This document shows, in pieces, positions 1-10,198 of a stretch of 64,000 nucleotides of DNA (positions within the stretch are counted from its first letter, which is position 1; every line of letters begins with the position of its first letter). Source of the stretch: an uncultured Acidobacteriota bacterium (GTDB lineage Bacteria; Acidobacteriota; Vicinamibacteria; Vicinamibacterales; CAVVIG01); assembly GCA_963789075.1 (NCBI GenBank), contig CAWBJQ010000003.1:102004-166003 (forward strand), in the 5' to 3' direction. The notes below the pieces were generated by a model that saw only the letters and a list, made by a program, of their open reading frames with translations, made no database searches and was not told the origin of the DNA. A program made the position numbers and the translations under genes.

Positions 1-1252
1 GCGCCTCGTCGGCGCGCTGCACGAGCGCGATGTGGCGCACGTTCGTGATCTCAGGACGATCCTGCTGAACGTCGACGTCCAGCGCCGACACCAGACGCTG
101 GCGCACATCGTCCACGCCGTCGCCGGTGATGGCCGACGCGTCAACGGCGAACGAGCCGGCCGCGCCCAGCGCGTCATGCGTCCACGACGCCTCGCGGTCG
201 GCCTTGTTCGCCACGATGACTCGTGCGCGACCGTTCGTCCCGGCGATGATCTCGCGGTCGGCGTCTTCGAGCGGCGCCGATCGATCGACGACGATCAGGA
301 TGACGTCGGCGACGCGCTGCGCCTGACGGGATCGCCGGACGCCTTCGGCTTCGATGGCGTCACCCGCCTCGCGGAGTCCGGCGGTGTCGACCAACGTCAC
401 GCGAAGGCCATCGACGTCCACGACGTCGCTGACGAGATCACGCGTCGTGCCGGGCACATCGGTGACGATCGCGCGTGACGCCCCCGCGAGCGCGTTGAAG
501 AGGCTCGACTTGCCGACGTTCGGCTTGCCGACGATCGCCACCTGAAAACCTTCGCGAACGAGACGACCGCGGCGTGCCGCCGCGAGCAGCGCGGCCGTAC
601 GCGCGCGAAGGCTGTCGATCGCGCCGGCCAGGACGCCGGGATCCACGAAGTGATAGCCCTCTTCTGGAAAGTCGACTGACGCCTCGAGCTGCGCGATCAA
701 ATCGAAGAGTGCCTCGTCGATCTCTCCGATCGCCCGCGTCAACGTCCCCTGGAGTTGGTCGAAGGCGGCACGCGCCTGCAGCGGCGTCACCGACTCGATT
801 AAATCGGCGACCGCTTCGGCCTGCGTCAGATCGACGCGGCCGTTGAGAAACGCCCGCAGCGTGAATTCGCCGGGCTCAGCGTGCCGGCCGCCGGCTTCGA
901 GCGCGGCGCCCACGATCGCGCGCAGCACCACCGGACTGCCGTGCGCGCTGAGCTCCACCACGTCCTCGCCGGTGTAGGAATGCGGACCGGGAAAGTACGT
1001 GGCGACAACTCGATCGATCGCTTGCGATTCCACCTCCGCCAAGGCTCCGGCGGACAGGTCAGCCGAGCGCGGCGCGCTACATCCATTCCAAATCGTCGTG
1101 AAGGTGGCGTGCCGCGGTTTGAGCGGTCTGTCGTGAGTGATGAGGCGAACCGCGATCGCGCGCGCCTCAGCGCCGCTGATCCTGACGACGCCGATTCCGC
1201 CGCGCCCCGGCGGCGTCGCGATGGCGACGATGGTGTCTTGCGTGGAGAACAT
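1..1252 (-). CDS. mnmE: tRNA uridine-5-carboxymethylaminomethyl modification GTPase MnmE/TrmE (3' end outside window)
   Basis: Manual translation from ATG 1252 gives MFSTQDTIVAIATPPGRGGIGVVRISG...PHSYTGEDVVELSAHGSP...AEPGEFTLRAFLNG; P-loop GKPNVGKSS near 510-535; conserved position after jag/yidC. Confidence 0.97.
   Translation of the reverse strand, partial: MFSTQDTIVAIATPPGRGGIGVVRISGAEARAIAVRLITHDRPLKPRHATFTTIWNGCSAPRSADLSAGALAEVESQAIDRVVATYFPGPHSYTGEDVVELSAHGSPVVLRAIVGAALEAGGRHAEPGEFTLRAFLNGRVDLTQAEAVADLIESVTPLQARAAFDQLQGTLTRAIGEIDEALFDLIAQLEASVDFPEEGYHFVDPGVLAGAIDSLRARTAALLAAARRGRLVREGFQVAIVGKPNVGKSSLFNALAGASRAIVTDVPGTTRDLVSDVVDVDGLRVTLVDTAGLREAGDAIEAEGVRRSRQAQRVADVILIVVDRSAPLEDADREIIAGTNGRARVIVANKADREASWTHDALGAAGSFAVDASAITGDGVDDVRQRLVSALDVDVQQDRPEITNVRHIALVQRADEA
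1028..1080 (-). repeat. Composite REP-like element inserted in frame in mnmE
   Basis: 1028-1069 is the reverse complement of intergenic 22677-22718 (41/42 nt); on the - strand the element starts GTAG and encodes CSAPRSADLSAGALAEVE. Confidence 0.9.
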
Positions 1253-1304
1253 CAGGGCCGGAGCTCGGGACTGGGGGCAGGACCTAGCCTCTCGTCTCTC
1301 GCCC

Positions 1305-1757
1305 CTATCTCCGTTTGGAGATCAGCACCGTCTTCGAGAACGCGTCGCCGACGCTTTCGGTGGCGGCGCCCGGAATCTCGGCGACCGCCATGTGGACGAT
1401 CCGCCGCTCGTACGGGTTGAGCGGACCGAGCTGCTGATCGAGGCCGGTGTCCTTCGCCTTCTCAGCGAGCAGCTTCGCCATCTGCCGCAGCTCGACGTCC
1501 TTCCCCTTGCGGTACTCGAGCGCGTCGACGAAGACGCGCCGATCGTCGCCGAGCGTGCGGCCGAACGCCATGTCCACGACGACCTGCAGCGCCTTCAACG
1601 GCTCGCCGCGATGCCGGACCAGGAGCTCGGCTTCGTCCCCCGCCAGATTGATGCGAGGACCATCGGCCGTCTCTTCGACGTGAACGGTCGCGTTGATGCC
1701 GAGGGCTTCGGTGAACTTCTTCAGGAACTCGACGATGGGCGTAGTCTGCATGGTCAT
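1305..1757 (-). CDS. jag: Jag/EloR/KhpB-family RNA-binding protein (KH + R3H only)
   Basis: GEPLKALQ KH segment, LGPLNPYERRIVH R3H motif, lies between yidC and mnmE. Confidence 0.88.
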   Translation of the reverse strand: MTMQTTPIVEFLKKFTEALGINATVHVEETADGPRINLAGDEAELLVRHRGEPLKALQVVVDMAFGRTLGDDRRVFVDALEYRKGKDVELRQMAKLLAEKAKDTGLDQQLGPLNPYERRIVHMAVAEIPGAATESVGDAFSKTVLISKRR

Positions 1758-3496
1758 GATTCGCGGGCGGCCGCTTCGCTTTTACTGCCGCCAACGCGCT
1801 TCAATTTGCGCTCGGCCGGCGGCCTCACAGTTCGAATAGTGGGCGGACCGATTATGTAGTTCGTGGCGTACTGCTGGCCGATGCCCCAGAGGTTGCTCAT
1901 GAAATAGTAGAGCGCCAAGCCGGCCGGTGCCCAGAGGAAGAAGAACATCATCATGACGGGCATCATGTACATCATCATCTTCTGCTGCGTCGGATCGGTG
2001 CCGGCGGCGGCAGGCGTCATCCGCGCCTGCCACACCTGGCTGACCCCCATCAGCACGGGGAAGATGTACAGCGGATCGTGCAGCGAGAGATCGTGGATCC
2101 AGCCGAAGAACGGTGCGCCCCGCAACTCGATCGAATACGTCAGCAGCGACCAGAACGCGAACAGCACCGGCATCGTCAGCAGCATCGGCACGCAGCCGCT
2201 GGCAGGATTGACACCCTTCTCTTTGTAGAGGGACATCATCTCCTGGTTCATCTTCTGCTTGGCCGGATCGGTCGCCTTCAGCTTCGAGTAGCGATCCTGG
2301 ATCGCCTTCACCTCGGGCTGAATCTCCTGCATCTTGCGCATCGAGACGACGCTCTTGTGCCGGAGCGGAAACATGATCGCGTTGATGATGATCGTGAGGA
2401 TGACGATCGACCACCCGAAGTTGCCGACGAAGCTGTTCACCCACTTGAGCGAGCGCAGCAGCGGCACGACGAGGATCGAGAACATGCCGTAGTCGATCGT
2501 GCGCACCAGATCGCGATCGATCGAGGCGAGCAGATCGAAGTCCTTTGGTCCGAAGAAGAATTTTTCCGGCGCACCGCTGTGGGCCGGCTCGACGGTGTAC
2601 GACACGAGATCGCGCGCCGATTCCGTGCTGCCCGGCGGAGGCGGAATCGAGACCGGCTGGAAGCTGACCGTCGACTGCCCCGGGAAGAGCGCGACGGTCA
2701 TGAAATAGTGATCGTCGACGCCGGCATACGCGAAGTCGCCCGTGTAGGACGGCTGCTTGGCGATCGCCTTCGGATCGTACCGCTGAACCTTGCCGGCGGA
2801 GAAACTGATCCCTTCAGCTTTCTTGATGTAGCGGCTCGTTTCGCCGGTGACGTCCCCGAGCGCGGGACCCCACTGCACGACCGGCGTAACGGCGCGATCG
2901 CCGTCGGTGACCGAGGCACGGAAGCCGATGATGTACGACGAAGGTTCGAGATGAAATTCTTTGACGGCGTGAACGCCTGCGGTGTCGCGATACTCGAACT
3001 TCAGGTCGGTGCCGGTCGAGGCCGGCGCGTTCGCCGCCGGCTCGCCGCTCACCTGATAGAGTGCGCCGTTGAGCGTCGCGCTGACGGCTGCGTCCGAGGT
3101 CTGCAGCGAAAAGGGCAGCGGGTGCGATCCCGCGAGCTGGGTCGGGACGAGCTCGAGCGGCTGATGGTCCGCGTTGAAAAAATGCTTCAGCCGCCAGCTC
3201 TTGATCCGCGCACCGCGATTGGTGAACACCGCGACGACGTCGCGCGTCTCGATGCGCACGTCGTGCTCCACCGAGTCGCCGACGAGCGTGGTCGCGCCCG
3301 GGGCCGACGGTGCGACCGCCGATGTGGCCTCGGCCTGGTTCGTCGCCGCAGCGGGCGAGCCCGGAACCCCTTGTGACGCGGAGGTGGTCGCCGGCGCGCC
3401 AGTCACCGGCTTCGGGACCGGCTTCACCACCATCGCCTGGTAGAGGTACAGCACGATGAACGACAGAAAAATGGCGATGAGGACGCGTCTTTCCAT
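1754..3496 (-). CDS. yidC: Membrane protein insertase YidC
   Basis: N-terminal TM, periplasmic domain, FFGPK, GVNPASGCVPMLL, WIHDLS, LYYFMSN motifs. Confidence 0.97.
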   Translation of the reverse strand: MERRVLIAIFLSFIVLYLYQAMVVKPVPKPVTGAPATTSASQGVPGSPAAATNQAEATSAVAPSAPGATTLVGDSVEHDVRIETRDVVAVFTNRGARIKSWRLKHFFNADHQPLELVPTQLAGSHPLPFSLQTSDAAVSATLNGALYQVSGEPAANAPASTGTDLKFEYRDTAGVHAVKEFHLEPSSYIIGFRASVTDGDRAVTPVVQWGPALGDVTGETSRYIKKAEGISFSAGKVQRYDPKAIAKQPSYTGDFAYAGVDDHYFMTVALFPGQSTVSFQPVSIPPPPGSTESARDLVSYTVEPAHSGAPEKFFFGPKDFDLLASIDRDLVRTIDYGMFSILVVPLLRSLKWVNSFVGNFGWSIVILTIIINAIMFPLRHKSVVSMRKMQEIQPEVKAIQDRYSKLKATDPAKQKMNQEMMSLYKEKGVNPASGCVPMLLTMPVLFAFWSLLTYSIELRGAPFFGWIHDLSLHDPLYIFPVLMGVSQVWQARMTPAAAGTDPTQQKMMMYMMPVMMMFFFLWAPAGLALYYFMSNLWGIGQQYATNYIIGPPTIRTVRPPAERKLKRVGGSKSEAAARES

Positions 3497-3777
3497 TAAT
3501 GCTTCACGGGCACGGGATCATGACCAGCGGCGCACAGCGGGTGGCAGCGCGCGAGGCGTCGGGCAGCCAGCCAGCTGCCGCGAACCAGACCGAACCGGGT
3601 CACTGCCTCCGCCGCGTAGTCGGCGCACGAAGGCAGAAAGCGGCAGGATCCTCTGAAATACGGTGAAATAAAGAGTTTATACCCTCGAAGCGCGAGAAGA
3701 GCGGCGCGAGCCCCAATGGACAGGCTATCGCCGGTGTCCGAAGCGCCGTTCGAGGAGGTTGCGATAATCTGCTTCAA
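3496..3777 (-). CDS. yidD: Membrane protein insertion efficiency factor YidD
   Basis: [18 protein letters not shown]...[17 protein letters not shown]; start uncertain because it overlaps rnpA. Confidence 0.93.
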   Translation of the reverse strand: MKQIIATSSNGASDTGDSLSIGARAALLALRGYKLFISPYFRGSCRFLPSCADYAAEAVTRFGLVRGSWLAARRLARCHPLCAAGHDPVPVKH

Positions 3778-4066
3778 GAACGGTCAGGCTGGCGTCGAGC
3801 CACCCGCGTTTGGGAATGACGATGACATCGAACCCTGGCGCGAGCTTGTTCCGACGGAAAACCTCTCGTATTAAACGTTTAGCGCGATTTCTCTGGACCG
3901 CGCCACCCAGTTTCTTGGTCGCCGCGATGCCGAGGCGGCCGACCGCCAGGGCATTCGGTTGGATGAAAACGGTGCTATATCGACTGTGTATGCGGGCGCC
4001 CTGTTTGTAGATGTGCTGAAATTCAGCATGACGGCGAATCCGCTCATGACGCCCAAAGCCACCCAT
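3725..4066 (-). CDS. rnpA: Ribonuclease P protein component
   Basis: [25 protein letters not shown] (RNR motif); follows rpmH. Confidence 0.95.
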   Translation of the reverse strand: MGGFGRHERIRRHAEFQHIYKQGARIHSRYSTVFIQPNALAVGRLGIAATKKLGGAVQRNRAKRLIREVFRRNKLAPGFDVIVIPKRGWLDASLTVLEADYRNLLERRFGHRR

Positions 4067-4107
4067 TTTCTGTCCCGCCCTGAGCATCGGCGAAGGGCTG
4101 GGTTGTG

Positions 4108-4260
4108 TTACTCGCTGCTGACGGTCAGCCGTTTGCGACCTTTGGCGCGGCGGCGCTTGAGCACCAGGCGGCCATTCTTCGTGCTCATACGCACCAAAAA
4201 CCCGTGGGTTTTTGCGCGGTGCCGATTATTCGGCTGGAACGTGCGTACTCCCTTAGCCAT
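4108..4260 (-). CDS. rpmH: 50S ribosomal protein L34
   Basis: Manual translation [50 protein letters not shown]; too short for the ORF track. Confidence 0.97.
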   Translation of the reverse strand: MAKGVRTFQPNNRHRAKTHGFLVRMSTKNGRLVLKRRRAKGRKRLTVSSE

Positions 4261-4291
4261 GACATCCCTTCGGAGTGAAAACGAAACTTCT

Positions 4292-4321
4292 ATGGTAACG
4301 AACCCGTTCCAGGGGTGTCAA
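4292..4321 (-). promoter_or_regulatory. Putative sigma70 promoter of rpmH operon
   Basis: - strand TTGACA (4321-4316), 18-nt spacer, TACCAT (4297-4292). Confidence 0.6.
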
Positions 4322-4408
4322 TGACCGCGGTTTGTGTTACAGTCGGCGTCCTTCCCGGGTGCCGTCTCCGCCCAGCGGATCCCATGCCTGTTTGGTCTCT
4401 CCCCAAAG

Positions 4409-4476
4409 TTTTCCACACCTGTGGAAAAAACTGTGGAAAATCGCGAAAAGCCACGCCGAAGGGGCCGTTTTCCACG
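4409..4476. promoter_or_regulatory. DnaA-box cluster upstream of dnaA (oriC part 1 / autoregulation)
   Basis: TTTTCCACA 4409-4417, TGTGGAAAA 4420-4428 and 4432-4440, TTTTCCACG 4468-4476. Confidence 0.85.
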
Positions 4477-4478
4477 AA

Positions 4479-5822
4479 ATGACGAACCTCTGGGACCAGA
4501 TTCTGGCGCGCATCGAGACGAAGGTGAACCGCCACAGCTTCTACACCTGGTTCAAGCCCACGTCGTTTGTCAGGGAGGACGCGGCAAGCGTCACCGTGCG
4601 TGTGCCGAACAGCCTGTTCAAGGACTGGCTGACCAAGCACTATTCCGGGGTCATCAACGAAGCCATGGGCGAAGTGCAGAAGGCGCACTTGACCGTTTCT
4701 TTCGTGGCTGAGTTGCAAACCGACGCGGCCCCGATTGCGCTCGCTCCCGACGAGGCAGCCCCCGCGCTCGAAATCTTGGCCGCACCTATCGCCGTCGGAG
4801 CGCCACCAGCCGGCCTGAACCCACGCTACACCTTCGACACCTTCATCGTCGGGTCGTCGAATCAGTTCGCGCATGCGGCCTCGCGGGCCGTCGCGGAGGC
4901 GCCCTCGCGTTCGTATAATCCGCTGTTCATCTACGGCGGCGTGGGTCTCGGCAAGACGCATCTGATGCACGCGGTCGGCCAGTACGTGCTGCAGCACGAT
5001 CGCAATTTGAAGCTCACCTACATCTCGTCCGAGCGGTTCATGAACGAGATGATCAACGCGGTCCGATACGATCGCGTGCTCGATTTTCGCGAGCGGTACC
5101 GCAGCGTGGACGTGCTGCTGGTCGACGACATTCAGTTCCTCGCCGGAAAAGAAGGCACGCAGACCGAGTTCTTCCACACGTTCAATGCGCTCTACGACTC
5201 ACAGAAGCAAATCGTGCTGAGCAGCGACTGTCCACCGCACGAGATTCCCGCGCTCGAAGAGCGGCTGCGATCGCGCTTCGAATGGGGGTTGATCGCGGAC
5301 ATTCAATCTCCAGATCTGGAAACGAAAGTCGCGATTCTGAAGAAAAAAGCGGAAACCGAAGCGGTGCCGCTGCCCGACAACGTCGCGATCTACATTGCGG
5401 GCAAGATCAAATCGAACATCCGCGAATTGGAAGGATCGCTGATCCGGCTGATCGCGTATGCCTCGCTGACGGGACAGGAAATCACACTGCCGCTCGCGCA
5501 GGATGTGCTGAAGAACATCCTGGACCACGAGGAAAAGGCGGTGACGATCGAGATCATCCAGAAGTTCGTCGCCGACTACTACAATCTGAAGATGATCGAT
5601 CTGAAGTCGCGGAACAACTCGAAGTCGGTCGCCATGCCGAGGCAGATCGCGATGTATCTGTGCAAGGCTTTGACGCACGCATCGCTGCCGGAAATCGGTC
5701 GCAGCTTCGGCGGCAAACATCACTCCACGGTCATTCATTCGATCCGGAAGGTGGAAGATCTGCGGAAAAAGGACGGAGATTTCAACACCCAGATCGGAAA
5801 CTTTCTCGAAGGATTCCGGTAG
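4479..5822 (+). CDS. dnaA: Chromosomal replication initiator DnaA
   Basis: [17 protein letters not shown] Walker A, LLVDDIQF Walker [10 protein letters not shown], domain [22 protein letters not shown]; start set at ATG 4479. Confidence 0.99.
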   Translation: MTNLWDQILARIETKVNRHSFYTWFKPTSFVREDAASVTVRVPNSLFKDWLTKHYSGVINEAMGEVQKAHLTVSFVAELQTDAAPIALAPDEAAPALEILAAPIAVGAPPAGLNPRYTFDTFIVGSSNQFAHAASRAVAEAPSRSYNPLFIYGGVGLGKTHLMHAVGQYVLQHDRNLKLTYISSERFMNEMINAVRYDRVLDFRERYRSVDVLLVDDIQFLAGKEGTQTEFFHTFNALYDSQKQIVLSSDCPPHEIPALEERLRSRFEWGLIADIQSPDLETKVAILKKKAETEAVPLPDNVAIYIAGKIKSNIRELEGSLIRLIAYASLTGQEITLPLAQDVLKNILDHEEKAVTIEIIQKFVADYYNLKMIDLKSRNNSKSVAMPRQIAMYLCKALTHASLPEIGRSFGGKHHSTVIHSIRKVEDLRKKDGDFNTQIGNFLEGFR

Positions 5823-6030
5823 CCGCCGGCCTTTTCCACAGGTCTCTCCACGGCCGCCTGCGGAAAACTCCACAAGCTGGGCTGCCGGCCAATCGCACCG
5901 TTTGACCGGCGGATTGCATCCACGTTTTTTGCACAACCTAAACTACTCATTAACAAGGGGTAACAGGCAGGGCACACTTTCCAACACGCCCTCTCTTCCT
6001 ATATAATTTTATATTCTCGAATCACTCCTC
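5823..6030. other. Replication origin oriC (dnaA-dnaN intergenic) with DnaA boxes and AT-rich unwinding element
   Basis: TTTTCCACA 5832-5840, TGCGGAAAA 5859-5867, AACTCCACA 5866-5874, TTTTGCACA 5927-5935, AT-rich TATATAATTTTATATT ~6000-6015 after a GC clamp. Confidence 0.85.
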
Positions 6031-6083
6031 TCCTTTGGGGATCGCGGGCCCAGGCCCCCGCCTACTTCGAGGTCAGCACTGCT

Positions 6084-7193
6084 ATGGAACTAGTCGTCCG
6101 CAAGAACGACCTTCTGCGAGAACTGCAACTTTTTCAGGGTATCGTCGAGCGCAAGAACACGATCCCGATTCTCGCCAATGTGCTGATGGAGGCCAAAGGC
6201 GACACGGTTCGATTTCTTGCCACCGATCTCGAGGTTGGGCTTCGCAGCAGCTGCAAGGCGACGGTGACGAAAGGCGGCACGCTGACGCTGCCGGCCAAGA
6301 AGTTCTACGAGATCGTCAAGTCGCTGCCGGAAACCGACATCCGGATTGCGGACGACAAGGGCGGCGTCAAAATCGCTGCCGACCGCTTCGAATCGCGCAT
6401 GCAGACTTTGCCGCGCGAGGATTTTCCGACGCTGCCCGAATCTGGCGGCGCCGCGACCGCCACGCTGCCCCGCAGCGCCGTGAAGGAGATGGTCGCGAAG
6501 ACGCAGTTTGCGATCACCGGCGAGGACACGCGCTATTTTCTGAACGGCGCGCTCTTCGTGCTGCGGCCCGAGGAAATGAATCTCGTCGCCACCGACGGCC
6601 ACCGCCTGGCGCTCGTGAGCGTCGCGCGCGACGGCCACGCGAAGGACGGTGACGAGAACAAAGCCATCCTCCCGAAGAAAACGCTCGGCGAATTGGGGCG
6701 CTTGCTGATGGAAGGCGAGGGGGATATCGGCTACGAGCGCGGCGAGAATCATCTGTTCTTCACCGCCGGCGATCGGCTGCTCATTTCGCGGATGATCGAT
6801 GGTCAGTTTCCGGCGTACGAACGCGTGATCCCGAAAGGCAACGACAAGCACATCGAGTTCGAGCGCGATCGGCTGACCAATGCCGTCAAGCGCGTGGCGT
6901 TGATGTCGAACGAGCGCTCGCGCGCCGTGAAGTTTCAGATCGACAAGGGGAAGGTCGACGTCACGTCGAGCAGCCCGGACCTTGGCGAGGCAAAGGAGAC
7001 GCTGCCGGTCGATTACGCCGGATCATCAATGGAGATTTGCTTCAACGCTCAGTATGTGCTCGATTTTCTCTCGGCGGTCGCGACCGACGTCGTGTCGCTC
7101 GAGCTCAAAGACGAGGTGAGCCAGGCGGTGATGAAGCCGGTTGGTGCAGAGGGCTACGACTACACCTACGTCATCATGCCGATGCGCGTCTGA
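6084..7193 (+). CDS. dnaN: DNA polymerase III beta sliding clamp
   Basis: TIPILANVL, ATDLE, VATDGHRL, FNAQYVLD, YVIMPMRV. Confidence 0.99.
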   Translation: MELVVRKNDLLRELQLFQGIVERKNTIPILANVLMEAKGDTVRFLATDLEVGLRSSCKATVTKGGTLTLPAKKFYEIVKSLPETDIRIADDKGGVKIAADRFESRMQTLPREDFPTLPESGGAATATLPRSAVKEMVAKTQFAITGEDTRYFLNGALFVLRPEEMNLVATDGHRLALVSVARDGHAKDGDENKAILPKKTLGELGRLLMEGEGDIGYERGENHLFFTAGDRLLISRMIDGQFPAYERVIPKGNDKHIEFERDRLTNAVKRVALMSNERSRAVKFQIDKGKVDVTSSSPDLGEAKETLPVDYAGSSMEICFNAQYVLDFLSAVATDVVSLELKDEVSQAVMKPVGAEGYDYTYVIMPMRV

Positions 7194-7209
7194 CAGACGG
7201 CCACCTGTT

Positions 7210-7320
7210 GTACGGCGGGTCCTTTACGCCTCCGCGCGAGGCTTCGGCGGACCGCCGCAGCGTCGCGAATGCGGTTGGACCCACCGCGATGCTGGAGCCC
7301 TGAAAGGCCCGGCCGACACG
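7210..7320. repeat. Nested REP-like cluster
   Basis: GTACGGCGGGTCC-TTTA...GGACCCACCG stem is interrupted by two inverted CCGCCGxAGC..GCGxA(G/T)GCG units (7227-7274); partner hairpin ~7290-7320. Confidence 0.7.
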
Positions 7321-7340
7321 CGTAATCTGGCGCCCGTTAA

Positions 7341-9977
<2,637 letters not shown>

Positions 9978-10197
9978 GGGTGCCAGGGTGCCAGGGTGCC
10001 AGGGTGGCAAGGTGCCTACGCATTGGCAGTGGCGGCACCAATTCCAGAGGGCACCTTTGGCACCGTAGCACCGTAGCACCGTAGCACCGTAGCACCCTGG
10101 CACCCTGGCACCTAGCACCCTGGCCCGTTGCACGTTGGCACCTCTTGGCACCGTAGCACTTTGGCACCCTGGCAACTCTTAGCCCCGTGGCACCTCC
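9978..10197. repeat. Inverted arrays of degenerate 8-bp tandem repeats between gyrB and gyrA
   Basis: About 5 x GGGTGCCA (9978-10017) face about 15 x GCACC(G/C)T(A/G) units (10051-10197). Confidence 0.92.
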
Positions 10198-10198
10198 G

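Noticed and set aside
4332-4478. 49-aa N-terminal extension of DnaA
   Set aside because: It is read-through of the DnaA-box region; ATG 4479 gives the normal N-terminus.
9978-10197. CRISPR array
   Set aside because: Units are contiguous 7-10-mers with no unique spacers, and there are no cas genes.
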